Of a DNA stretch of 64,000 nucleotides, positions 40,930 to 53,664 are shown piece after piece. Every line of letters begins with the position of its first letter. Position 1 is the stretch's first letter. The stretch lies in assembly GCA_002269645.1 (NCBI GenBank), contig NIVC01001827.1, forward strand, positions 186,001 to 250,000. The letters run 5' to 3'. This stretch comes from Macrostomum lignano. Lineage: Eukaryota. The translations under genes were made by a program, and so were the position numbers. A model generated the notes under the pieces. That model searched no databases. It worked only from the letters and a program-made list of their open reading frames with translations, and was not told the DNA's origin.

Positions 40930-41450
40930 CGATTGATTCATTTGTTGATTGGTTGGTAATTCTTTGATGAGTTGATGGATTGATTCATTTGTTGATTGGT
41001 CGGTAGTTCTTTGGTGAGTTGATGGATTGATTCATTTGTTGATTGGTCGGTAATTCTTTGGTGAGTTGATGGATTGATTCATTTGTTGATTGGTTGGTAA
41101 TTCTTTGGTGAGTTGATGGATTGATTCATTTGTTGATTGGTCGGTAGTTCTTTGGTGAGTTGATGGATTGATTCATTTGTTGATTGGTCGGTAGTTCTTA
41201 GGTGAGTTGATGGATTGATTCATTTGTTGATTGGTCGGTAGTTCTTTGGTGAGTTGATGGATCGATTCATTTGTTGATTGGTCGGTAATTCTTTGGTGAG
41301 TTGATGGATTGATTCATTTGTTGATTGGTCGGTAATTCTTTGATGAGTTGATGGATTGATTCATTTGTTGATTGGTCGGTTTATTGATGAGTTGATGGAT
41401 TGATTCATTTGTTGATTGGTCGGTAATTCTTTGATGAGTTGATGAATCGA
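40930..41450. repeat. 47-bp minisatellite in SLC6 intron 3
   Basis: gattgattcatttgttgattggtcggtagttctttggtgagttgatg, ~11 copies. Confidence 0.94.
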
Positions 41451-41678
41451 TTGAATTATTGATTGAAATAATTTTTATTTAATGGATGATTGGTTAGTTA
41501 GTTGGTTAGATTGGTTTTGATCAAATGGATTCATTTACTCGTAATGGACCAATTTAACGTGCGCGAATAAAACGCTGCTGAGCTATCAAAGGTTCAGCTC
41601 AAAAAGGATTTACGAGAATTGTAGCCATAAAATATACTGCATGTAAATCTGCACGTGCACAACGCACATTGAACGCAG

Positions 41679-41791
41679 GTACAACGCCCTGCAGCAGAGC
41701 TCCGGCATCACCGATCTGGGCGGCATTCACTGGGGCCTGTTCTTCTCCCTTGCATTCGCCTGGCTAATCATCTTCGCATGCGTCTTCAAAG
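41679..41791 (+). CDS. SLC6 exon 4
   Basis: YNALQQSSGITDLGGIHWGLFFSLAFAWLIIFACVFKG; splice phases compatible. Confidence 0.9.
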
Positions 41792-41862
41792 GTAAGTAGT
41801 GTGTGCATTCATTTTTGTCCCGATGGTTCCCGGCCACACCTCCTGATCTGCGTACTTTACAG

Positions 41863-42041
41863 GCGTAAAGTCAGTGGGCAAGGTGGTGTACTTCACGGCC
41901 ACGTCTCCGTACGTGTTCCTGTTCATTCTGCTGGTGCGTAACGCTATGCTGCCTGGCAGCTGGCGTGGTGTGAAATTCTACATCAAGCCGGTGTGGAGCA
42001 AACTGGCTAACCTGGACATCTGGCATGAGGCAGCGCTGCAG
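41863..42041 (+). CDS. SLC6 exon 5
   Basis: [17 protein letters not shown]...[19 protein letters not shown]...WHEAALQ. Confidence 0.92.
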
Positions 42042-42104
42042 GTTGAGCAACAACAAATAAAAAATACTCGTAAAAATCACATTTCCTGAGCTCTCTTTCA
42101 ACTC

Positions 42105-42505
42105 AATTCACGGCAACCTCCCTATCCCGAGCCGTTCTCCCCTCTCAATTCGCAGTCTCAATCCCTCCCAGAGCCGTTCTCCCTCTCAATTCGCAGTCTC
42201 ACTCCCTCCCAGAGCCGTCTCCACTCTCAATTCGCAGACTCACTCCCTCCCAGAGCCGTTCTCCCTCTCAATTCGCAGTCTCACTCCCTCCCAGAGCCGT
42301 CTCCACTCTCAATTCGCAGACTCACTCCCTCCCAGAGCCGTTCTCCCTCTCAATTCGCAGTCTCACTCCCTCCCAGAGCCGTCTCCACTCTCAATTCGCA
42401 GACTCACTCCCTCCCAGAGCCGTTCTCCCTCTCAATTCGCAGACTCACTCCCTCCCAGAGCCGTTCTCCCTCTCAAATTCGCAGACTCACTCCCTTCCCA
42501 AGCCT
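42105..42505. repeat. 41-bp minisatellite with two alternating variants, in SLC6 intron 5
   Basis: tcaattcgcagtctcactccctcccagagccgttctccctc. Confidence 0.92.
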
Positions 42506-42571
42506 TTCTCTCTACACTGATACTTTTCTTCCATATGACGCCATATAACGCAATTCTACCTCAACTTCCAG

Positions 42572-43061
42572 GTGTTCTTTTCTCTCGGCCCAGCATGGGG
42601 CGGCCTGATCACTATGGCCAGCTTCAACAAATTTAAGAACAACTGCTACCGCGACTCCATAATTGTCCCGGCAATTAACTGCCTGACTTCAATCTTTGGC
42701 GGCTTTGTCATCTTCTCGGTGATCGGCTTTATGGCGCAACAGACCAACAAAGAGGTCGAAGACGTGGTCGCCAAGGGTCCGGGCCTTGTTTTCGTGGTTT
42801 ATCCGGAGGCCATCGCCCAGATGCCGCTGGCGCCGCTGTGGGCCGTGCTGTTTTTCCTAATGCTCATCACCATCGGAGTGGACTCCCAGTTTGGCATGTT
42901 CGAAACTATGACGTCATCGTTTATCGATGAATTCCCGAACCAGCTGAGAAAGTACAAGACACCATTTGTTGCTGCAATGTGTCTACTAGAGTTTCTATTG
43001 GGCCTGCCGTTAGTTACTAGGGGCGGAATTTACCTGTTTACTATATTCGACTGGTTCATTG
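42572..43061 (+). CDS. SLC6 exon 6
   Basis: VFFSLGPAWGGLITMASFNKF...GPGLVFVVYPEAI...GVDSQFG; the AWGGLITMAS motif resembles glycine transporters. Confidence 0.93.
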
Positions 43062-43093
43062 GTGAGTTGACGCACCCAAACGGCTGCCCGGAC

Positions 43094-43650
<557 letters not shown>

Positions 43651-43685
43651 AGAAAATAAACTCATCCCACGGTCTCTATCCTCAG

Positions 43686-43993
43686 GTACGTTCGCTCTCT
43701 GCATCATCGCCCTGCTGGAGATAATTGCCATCTTCTACATCTACGGGATTCGACGATTTCTCAACGACATTGAGTCGATGCTGGGCCACCGTCCGGGCTA
43801 CTTCTGGGTGGCGATGTGGTGCTGCGTCACTCCCCTGGCCCTGGTGCTCATTCTCGTCTCCATCGCTGTGAATTTCACCAACCCAGTGCTGGAGGACTAC
43901 AAGTTCCCGCCCGGTTCGCTTGTGTTCGGCTGGCTGCTTGGCAGCATCAGTGTTGCCGTCATACCCATTGTGGCTGCCTACCGCATCTATAAG
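43686..43993 (+). CDS. SLC6 exon 7
   Basis: LLEIIAIFYIYGIRRFLNDIESMLGHRPGYFWVAMWCCVTP...GWLLG; canonical splice sites. Confidence 0.92.
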
Positions 43994-44204
43994 GTGAGCT
44001 AATTAATTTACCAAGAAGCATATTCCGCTGACGCCTAGAAGGCACGAGCTCACACATGGTGTACAGTGTAGAGTAGAGTGCACATGCCTGACGATTAGAC
44101 AGTCAGGGCCGCTGTACACCCTGTGTGAGCCGTGTGCATGAGTGCGTGCCCGCCAAGGATGATATATAACAACTGAATTGTCAAACTAATCCACTTAAAA
44201 GGGT

Positions 44205-44828
44205 TATTCGGGTCGCCATCATAAACCCGAAAAATCACAACTCCGAAAGCACTTCCCATCATAAACCCGAATATCACAAACCCGAAATATCACAAACCCG
44301 AAATTTCATAACTCCGAAAAACAAAATAGTAACGCCCATCATAAACCCGAAAAATCATAACTCCGAAATTAATAGCAACGCTCATCATAAACCCGAAATA
44401 TCATAAACCCGAAATATCATAAACCCGAAAAATCACAACTCCGAAAACCAAAATAGCATTGCCCATCATAAACCCTAAATATCACAAACCCGAAATATCA
44501 TAACTCCGAAAGTGTTAGCAACGCCCATCATAAACCCGAAAAAATCACAACTCCGAAAACCAAAATAGCATTGCCCATCATAAACCCTAAATATCACAAA
44601 CCCGAAATATCATAACTACGAAAACCAAACTAGTGTTGGACATTGCTAGAACTTTCGGAGTTATGATATTTCGGGTTTGTGATTATTCGGGTTTATGATA
44701 TTTCGGGTTTATGATGCGCGTTGCTATTTTGTTTTTCGGAAATGTGATTTTTCGGGTTTATGATATTTCGGGTTTATGATGGAAAGCGCTTTTCGGAGTT
44801 GTGATTTTTCGGGTTTGTGATGCCCCCC
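44205..44828. mobile_element. Foldback-like element built from short repeats (cataaacccgaaa / ataactccgaaa) in inverted arms
   Basis: Motifs read forward over 44218-44625 and as reverse complements over 44655-44822; no clear TSD. Confidence 0.65.
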
Positions 44829-45437
44829 CTCTAAATAAAATGTGAACTCGCGAAACCCCTGCTTCCTCCTCATTGGCTGCTATTTTTAGCTCACTTGCTA
44901 TACTGACCTATGTAAAAACATTGCCTGGGGGTTAGAAAAACAGATGGGGTGGTGGGGTGGTAGGTAGAGGAGATAAATGTAAGGGGTGTGTTTGCAAGGT
45001 TGTTATACTTCGTATATCTTCCTATTGTATTTGAAACCCTCCAGCCAATGAGCATGAAGGAGGGTTTGCGGGTCAAAATTTAAGCAAGCTTTAGCGCCAG
45101 TCTGACATTCCAGTTGTTATATACTTGTAGTATCATCCTTGGTGCCTGCGTACAGTATCTGCACGCTCAGAAGTCAGCGGAACGGGCAGAATTGCCTCAC
45201 TTGCTAGTTGCGGGGGCGATGTCGCTGAAGGCGCTGCCAGGGCAAGCCCTCCTGCGGAATTTACGAGTATACTTGCTCAAGCGGCGAAGTGCATATAGTC
45301 ATAGTTAAGTTTCAATACGACGCGATCGTAATTCCACCTGATACAGGTGGCACCTTCCATGGTAGCCACTTGTACACGTGGTTTTTAAGACTTGAATATT
45401 TTCTAAATACATCGCTCATGTACATGAATTACTGCAG

Positions 45438-45557
45438 GTTGGCAAAGGTTCGTTTCTGGAGAGAGTCAGATTCCTGATGAAGCCAACACCGAACTGGGGT
45501 CCTCAACAGAGCTGCGTCTCCACTGGTCCGGAGGTGGTGAAAATGCTACCTGCTTGA
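45438..45557 (+). CDS. SLC6 exon 8 (last)
   Basis: VGKGSFLERVRFLMKPTPNWGP...; actgcag| acceptor, phase 0; TGA at 45555-45557. Confidence 0.85.
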   Translation, partial: VGKGSFLERVRFLMKPTPNWGPQQSCVSTGPEVVKMLPA

Positions 45558-47068
45558 GCTGAACTAATTAGCAGAACTGTGTTATTATCAGTTGGTAACC
45601 TAATGTAATGAGTCAACGAAGGCACAGCAAGTTTCTGCACTAGTAAAATAGAAAATTAAGACTCTAAAAGTTGACGTTAACGGGTTGACGCTTATTAATG
45701 GTTGACCGTAGAGATGTTTTTACCTTTAACGAACACATATGCGTTAAAAATTAATTTAAAATCATTTTTCATTCGTACGTTAACGCCACTTTCCGTTAAC
45801 GGAAGTAAAGATTTTAATTAACGATGGCCAAACGCATGGTTATACACAAACAAGATTAATGCATGTGTGCTAAGTTGAACATATGAATATTCAATACAGA
45901 TTCAATTAGTTAAAAACCAGCACAGGAATAGTAATAGTACATTGCAGACAAGGAAAAATATATTCTGTATAAGACACTCAGAGAATACATTTCCAATGCA
46001 GACGTGACAGCTCGGATTATGCCATTTAAAAAACCAAAAAAACCCGGAAAAATTGCGTTTCGAGAAATTACATACAGCCATTCGTGAATATTTTCCGGGT
46101 TTAAAAATTATTTTTTTAAATCGGTGACAAGAACAATGGCGTTATAATCCTAGCACGGTTGTTCTAGCTATCACAATTTCTAATCTAAAAAACTTCATCA
46201 GTAATACCGTAGTTCAAACGATATTTTATGATTCGCTTGTGCTCAGGGATTAAATTTACACTAATTATACCAGGTGCAAGTTGCGCAAAATCGGGAATAA
46301 ATAGCAATACGAGTAGTTTATATCATTTTATATATAGAGCATGTCAGAATAAAGTTCTGTGGAACTGGGCCAGCAGTACGTCTACATCTGTAGGAATAGA
46401 ATAACTAAGCAAAGCTTTGTACTGCCTCATCATGATAGTGAGATTCGAATTAATACAGCTCATAGACATAGGAGTAAGACTGAGAGACTCTCACGAAATA
46501 AATTCGTTACAGATGAAGCCGCAGAATCGATTAGAATCCTGCACAACTCAAGCAATTTGTACTTTTATTATGTATGATTGACATGCACTTAAGCAACAAT
46601 GTTTATTTTAATTAGGACAGTAAAACAACATCTCTACCGGTATCGCATCAATTATATCTTAACTATAACACTTATTATGGCGGTTAGAAGCCCCATGGGG
46701 TGAATCAATGTTGATGTTGCTTACCAGACTCAATTACTCTAAAGGTGATTCGCCTTTTGCCGCTCAAAAAACAAAGTCGCAAGTTGGTCAGTTCGCGTTA
46801 ACTGACAGACCTGCGTGCAGCTGATTGCTACACAAACTGCTCCTGCTCTTCCACCATCGACTCTTCCACTGCGCACGGAGCCGACTGTGGCGGCGGCGGC
46901 GCGCGGCGGCGTCGCGGGGTGGCGGCGGAGTCGGTGATGATTCGACAGCGGCCATGGTGGCGATCTTGGCCTCCTCAACCACTGCCACCGTTGTTATTGT
47001 CTCTGACACGGACTCTTCGACAACTGCGGGCGTTGGGGCGGCTTCAGCAGCCGCGGTGGCGGCGGTCT

Positions 47069-47382
47069 TCACCGGGCTGTCAACGTCTCGGGGGAGCGCC
47101 GGTTGTGGCCGGCCTGGCCATGGCCGGCGGCATCCTGGCGGAGAGTTCTGCTGCGGTTCTTCTTGATCAGGCCGTTCATCGCTTTGTCGTCCATGTCGTG
47201 ATTTCGTTGGATGAACTTCTTGTTGCCGCCTTGGCCATAGCGGCCGCTGCACTGCTGGCTCTGATTGTCCTTCTGCATTATCTTCATGTACTTTGTCTCC
47301 TTCAGGTGGTTCTGCATGTACTTGTAGTAGGTGTTGAAGTTGTTTCCAATGATCGGTATGGCCAAGCCAGTCACAATGCAGC
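47069..47382 (-). CDS. Shaw/Kv3-like voltage-gated K+ channel, exon 3 (S6 and C-terminus); tail may extend to ~46814 via frameshifts
   Basis: GCIVTGLAIPIIGNNFNTYY continues S6; acceptor ctgcag|GC, phase 1, matches exon 2. Confidence 0.85.
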
Positions 47383-48394
47383 CTGCAGAAGGGAGGGGAT
47401 TAGTTTTCAGTTGAAATGTCAGCCAGATTACTATGAGTAGCTGGTTAATAATATGGCTTAGTAGACTTATAAGATTTTCGGTTTGTAGCTCGACATGAAA
47501 AAAGGAAAATTAATCGAGTAAAAAATCAGGTATTCCTCAATCCTGTCGTTAAATTATTAGTAATTGCCTTCCCGTATGCCCGTGGCTTGATCATTGCAGC
47601 CATTCATCATTGCGTCATGATTTATTGTTATAATATTCCAATGTAAATACAAGGTGCCTAAAGCCGGTCACCTATGTGCTAATCGAACTGATTTCCTTGG
47701 CCTTGCTCAGCCTCTTATAGACGCATCGCTATTGAAAGCATCGGACGCAAGCAAGTTTTTGGCTTTTTTGTCTACAAATGGCAGAAAATAAATTCCCGAG
47801 GAAGAAACGCTTAACCGACAAATGTTCGGGCAATTTTCGCCCCTCCTCCCAGCGCAAAGCAAGCAAAGCCGGAGTTCAGCTCTGGGCTGAGCTGGCCTGC
47901 GCGGCGAATCCACCAGAGACCGCTAAGATCGACGGAGAAAACGAAAAAAAAGAGTCTGCAGGAGAGAGTCCACGGAGAGCGCGGCTGTGGGAAGCTGGAA
48001 GTGCAGTGCAATTTCGCGAAGGATTTGTCTTCCTCCATCTCAGCTTGCTGCCTGTCGCGCCCGGTCCCCTTATCCCATTTTCCGCTCCCCATCCCATCCC
48101 CATCCCATGCCTATAGCGATGCAGCGGTCCGATAAAAAGACATCCCCCACCCACCCAAGCAGCGCGCCGCGGTGTGAACAGTGAGCGCTGCTAGTATTGG
48201 AAATCTGCACGGGGAATCTGTGTAAGCCTCTGACTGCAATGCACTTTATGTATCACACTGCTCCCAGTGCGTGATCTGCATGGATTTATCTAAGTTCAGT
48301 TCAGCCAAAGTTGCGGTCAAGCAGCAACTAAAAAGCAGCTCCAATGATTGTATGCGATGCGATACTCATTACGCTTTGCTTGGCGTATGACTTG

Positions 48395-48900
48395 CTTGAC
48401 ACGCTTGCAATGTCCCATGCTTCATGTTCCCATCCCAGCCTCTGCTTGACACACTTGCAATGTCCCATGCTTCATGTTCCCATCCCAGCCTCTGCCTGGC
48501 ACACTTGCAATGTCCCATGCTTCATGTTCCCATCCCAGCCTCTGCTTGGCACACTTGCAATGTCCCATGCTTCATGTTCCCATCCCAGCCTCTGCTTGGC
48601 ACACTTGCAATGTCCCATGCTTCATGTTCCCATCCCAGCCTCTGCTTGACACACTTGCAATGTCCCATGCTTCATGTTCCCATCCCAGCCTCTGCTTGAT
48701 TCACTTGCAATGTCCCATGCTTCATGTTCCCATCCCAGCCTCTGCTTGATTCACTTGCAATGTCCCATGCTTCATGTTCCCATCCCAGCCTCTGCTTGAT
48801 TCACTTGCAATGTCCCATGCTTCATGTTCCCATCCCAGCCTCTGCTTGACACACTTGCAATGTCCCATGCTTCATGTTCCCATCCCAGCCTCTGCCTGGC
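48395..48900. repeat. 50-bp minisatellite, ~10 copies, in Kv intron 2
   Basis: cttgcaatgtcccatgcttcatgttcccatcccagcctctgcttgacaca. Confidence 0.95.
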
Positions 48901-49149
48901 GCGACTTTCAGATCGATCAGCCGTAGCTAATCCGTTTTTTGTTATTTTTTTCTTATTCTTCTTCTACTCCTTCGCCCGCGGAGACAATTTCATTATCGAT
49001 GGGTTGAGACTGAACCATTTACTGCTAGTAATAAGCGCAGCATATTGGGACTTAAGCCGCAAGCCGCTGGGACACCCGGCTTCGGTGCTGTGAGCGACTG
49101 CGGCTGGTCAGGGCAGGGGGAGTGCTCAGAACAGGCTTTGAGGGGTCAA

Positions 49150-50320
49150 AATCAAATTGACTGTCTGTCCTACTAGTGTTTGTCTGTCATAGGGTCTGTC
49201 CTAGTATATGTCCTTGCGTCTGTCCTAGGGTCTGTCCTACTAGTGTCTGTCCCCGTGCGTCTGTCCTAGTGTCTGTCCCCGTGCGTCTGTCCTAGTGTCT
49301 GTCCTAGTGTCTATCCTTGCGTCTGTCATAGGGTCTGTCCTAGTATATGTCCTTGCGTCTGTCCTAGGGTCTGTCCTAGTGTCTGGCCTTGCGTCTGTCC
49401 TTGCGTCTGTCCTAGGGTCTGTCCTACTAGTGTCTGTCCTTGCGTCTGTCCTAGTGTCTGTCCTTGCGTCTGTCCTAGTGTCTATCCTTGCGTCTGTCAT
49501 AGGGTCTGTCCTAGTATATGTCCTTGCGTCTGTCCTAGGGTCTGTCCTAGTGTCTGGCCTTGCGTCTGTCCTTGCGTCTGTCCTAGGGTCTGTCCTACTA
49601 GTGTCTGTCCTTGCGTCTGTCCTAGTGTCTGTCCTTGCGTCTGTCCTAGTGTATGTCCTTGCATCAGTCCTAGTGTCTATCCTACTAGTGTCTATCCTAC
49701 TAGTGTCTGTCTTAGTGTCTGTCCTAATGTCTGTCCTAGTGTCAGTCCTAGTGTCTGTCCTAGTGTCTGTCCTAGTGTCTGTCCTAGTGTCAGTCCTAGT
49801 GTCAGTCCTAGTGTCTGTCCTAGTGTCAGTCCTAGTGTCAGTCCTAGTGTCTGTCATGCGTCTGTCCCAGTGTCAGTCCTAGTGTCAGTCCTAGTGTCAG
49901 TCCTAGTGTCAGTCCTAGTGTCAGTCCTAGTGTCAGTCCTAGTGTCAGTCCTAGTGTCAGTCCTAGTGTCAGTCCTAGTGTCAGTCCTAGTGTCTGTCAT
50001 TCGTCTGTCCTAGTGTCAGCCCTAGTGTCTGTCCCAGTGCCTCTCCCATTGTCTGTGCTAGTGTCAGTCCTAGTGTCAGTCCTAGTGTCAGTCCTAGTGT
50101 CAGCCCTAGTGTCTGTCCCAGTGCCTCTCCTATTGTCTGTGCTAGTGTCAGTCCTAGTGTCAGTCCTAGTATCAGTCCTAGTGTCAGTCCTAGTGTCAGT
50201 CCTAGTGTCAGTCCTAGTATCAGTCCTAGTGTCAGTCCTAGTGTCAGTCCTAGTGACAGTCCTAGTGTCAGTCCTAGTGTCAGTCCTAGTGTCAGTCCTA
50301 GTGTCAGTCCTAGTGTCTGC
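49150..50320. repeat. 12-bp-based satellite (gtctgtcctagt / gtcagtcctagt), left arm
   Basis: Tandem 12-mers with higher-order variants. Confidence 0.95.
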
Positions 50321-50892
50321 CCTCGTTTTTATGCCTAGCCGCGCCCAGCCAATGCCGAACGCCCGTGTTCAATAAGAAAATAAACCTGCTTTCAATCGCA
50401 ATTTTTCCATTTTTGAAAACTTTCGAATTTTAATAACTTCACTCACTCACTTACTTCATTAGAATCCCAAATGATTCTGGAAATGGCACCCTCACCCAGT
50501 TACTTGGCGGCCTCGTTAAATACCCTTCCGGACAGGGTTTGATCTGCTGAGAATTGTCCGGCTTTTATTTTGACTTTGCTGGGATCTGCACCGCCCATTC
50601 CCAATCAGAGGCCATTCAAGGCGAGCTCAAACTGGGCCGCTTGTCCCGCCAGATCCCACTTTATCCCAGCTTCCCAATGTGGTTCTCCATCCCCCTCTCC
50701 CCTTCTGCATGCAGTCCCAATTACTTGATGAGGATCGATTTTTGCTCGCGGTCAAGCAAATGCGAGGGGAGCGAAGTCCCGCAGTGGACTGTGGGCGGCG
50801 CATTTTGGTTCATTTTTAGTGCCGTCAAAGCTGTCTGCTGCCGATTCGATTAGGACATTACTGAGATGACGCTAATAATGTAGACATTGGGA

Positions 50893-51459
50893 TAGGCACT
50901 AGCACAGACAATAGGGCTGACACTAGCACAGACAATAGGGCTGACACTATTACAGACAATAGGGCTGACACTATTACAGACAATAGGGCTGACACTAGGA
51001 CAGACACTAGGACCGACACTAGGAGAGACACTAGGACAGAAACTAGGAGAGACACTAGGACAGACACTAGGACAGAAACTAGGACAGACACTAAGACAGA
51101 CACTAGGACAGACACTATTGCAGACTCTAGGACAGACACTAGGACAGAAACTAGGAGAGACACTAGGACAGACACTAGGACAGACACTAGGACAGACACT
51201 AGGACAGACACTAAGACAGACACTAGGACAGACACTATTGCAGACACTAGGAGAGACACTAGGACAGACACTAGGACAGACACTATTGCAGACACTAGGA
51301 GAGACACTAGGACAGACACTAAGACAGACACTAGGACAGACACTATTGCAGACACTAGGAGAGACACTAGGACAGACACTAAGACAGACACTAGGACAGA
51401 CACTATTGCAGACACTAGGAGAGACACTAGGACAGACACTAAGACAGACTCTAGGACAG
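50893..51459. repeat. Same 12-bp satellite in inverted orientation (gacactaggaca), right arm
   Basis: Reverse complement of the 49150-50320 unit. Confidence 0.93.
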
Positions 51460-52084
51460 CGACGCCCAGAAGGCCTGCAGGTGCCTATCAGGAAGGGAGT
51501 CAATTGATGAACATTTTGGCCACAGGAAAAGAAGAAAACACAAAAAATATGCCGGCATCTTGGAACCATTCTAACTGCTTACTGAGTCCGAATCAGTCTA
51601 TAAAATTCTCCATTCCCAGTGACTCCTCACTTCCGTCCCTCTCTCGCGCAGGCTGGTCGGGTTGAGTTTCGCATGGCCGCACACGCCGCCAGAAAGTATA
51701 ACGCACTGACTCACTAATCAGCATTATTCCTGTCCCGGGCATCCGTGACTGTGCCTGGCTTTAACTGGCATCAATTGGTCTTCGCCTTCTTCGCTAGCAA
51801 ATTTATTTAGACTGCTGGGAGCCTAGGAAGAGTGTTCAAGGAGGAATTCTTTGCCCATATTTGAGCTGAAGAAGGGCCTGATGAAGTCTTTCCTCTCCCA
51901 GCTGAGAGACCAAATGCGACGGATCTCAATGCCTGTCCGTTGTCACGCAATGTGCACAATTTTCATTCACAGCTCTGCAGAGTGCATAAATTCCTGCACA
52001 CTCTGGGAATTAAAACCGCTGATGAAGTTATTGATAGTTATAGCTATTTATTCACAGTGAGAATTTCCTTTGAGAATGGAGTTG

Positions 52085-52245
52085 TTCGGTATAATTGGTG
52101 GTAATATCGCTTTGTCGCTTTGCACGGATGAATTTGCACGGGGTATATTTGGTGGTACTGTCGCTTTGTCGCTTTGCACGGATGAATTTGCACGGGGTAT
52201 ATTTGGTGGTACTGTCGCTTTGTCGCTTTGCACGGATGAATTTGC
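52085..52245. repeat. 54-bp tandem repeat, ~3 copies
   Basis: ggtggtactgtcgctttgtcgctttgcacggatgaatttgcacggggtatattt. Confidence 0.88.
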
Positions 52246-53394
52246 GGGCCAAATTATTGAGATACAATTTGGTTATATTTTAAATTTCAATTGGTTATTC
52301 TCTTTTATTGAATCGGAGAAATCAGCCTCCATGCTACGAGCGTAGTCCTCCTGAACATTTTACAAAAACTTCCTTCAAATGAAAGTTCGCTTCCTAAATT
52401 CCTGCCAAAAAGCTCCAGTTTTTCTCCCAGCCCCACACAGTTCTGTCTCCTAAACCGGCATCTGCAATCTGGCTGACCCGATCTTCACAGACCAGCGCTT
52501 CTACGCCGCTGCGACGATCCGTCACACACAAATGGACGGACGCGTCCGCGAAAGTCCAAGTTGTCAGAGTTTTTATCCAGCTAATTTCCTTTTCATCTCT
52601 GCGCGTCTTGATTTTCCAATTATTCAGCCAATTTCATAAGACACCAGACAGGCAGGCTTTAGCTGGCTGGACAATTCGTTACTCGCGACAGCAATAGTTA
52701 CAAGATTCGCCAAGTCCCCCACACACTCAGGTGATAACTATGTTGGACCTGGCTAGTTAATCCAATCACAATCCAACGGATTTGTGTTATTTTCATGCGA
52801 AATCCCAGCTTTTTCAATAGTACGTATCTAAACCCCCGGCTCAAGTGAAGAGAATGCATGTAGTAAGAGAAGTTTCTTTGCTCAAACGTTGGTAATTCGA
52901 TGCACCGGAGCTCGAGTGCTGCAGAAGCATAGGGATTTCCCTGTATCCCCTTCTGTCTGAGCGGCGGCAATCTTCACAAAGTCAATTTTCTGTTAAGCCT
53001 CCCTAATCTGCCATGGCAATCGAATGCGGGCTCATTGTCTGATGAGAAATGCTAGGAAAGAAAAGCGAAAAGCAATCGAGATGCTGATTCCGGATCGCAG
53101 GAAATTGGAGCAAGGAGGGGTGGTCCGATTTGAATTTCCCGGGCAGGACAAAGCACCCATTTTATCGGTGAGAGCAAACAACTGTGCCCATGCCATTGTC
53201 TATTATCCCAGTCAAATTGACTACCGTTTCGAATTTTGAAGCCGAAATATCGGAATTGTAGATCTAACAGTGCAGATTCCACTAGACGAAGGTCTTTGAC
53301 TTTTTTCGTGGGATTTTTCCGTTCAATATAGTCTGTGGGAACCGATTAGGAACGCTAAAAGCTAAAAGTTAACACGCGGTAAGACGCGGTAACG

Positions 53395-53475
53395 CTTATG
53401 CCTATGCCTCTGCTAATGTCTATGCCATGCCTATGCTTATGCTTATGCCTATGCCTATGCCTGTACCAATGCCTA
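53395..53475. repeat. (tatgcc/tatgct)n hexamer microsatellite
   Basis: Direct inspection. Confidence 0.85.
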
Positions 53476-53664
53476 CAAGCACAACCTATTATTTACAAAC
53501 AGTTACACCTGCTCACACCGCCGATGCTATATAATTCGAAAAGTAGGATGCAATCAGAAGTAAACTAGCACCTCGAGAGTCCCAGATCCTGTATCGAAAA
53601 GTTCAAACCGTACCCCGATCTTTCGGTAGTTCGCTAGTACATATGCAAGCACTAGAGGGCTCAC

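Noticed and set aside
49240-51569. (DTRT)n and (VSVL)n ORFs
   Set aside because: Stop-free frames of a 12-bp satellite.
52053-52059. CACAGTG (RAG heptamer or Transib-like end) next to the 54-bp repeats
   Set aside because: No nonamer, partner TIR or 5-bp TSD seen; expected by chance.
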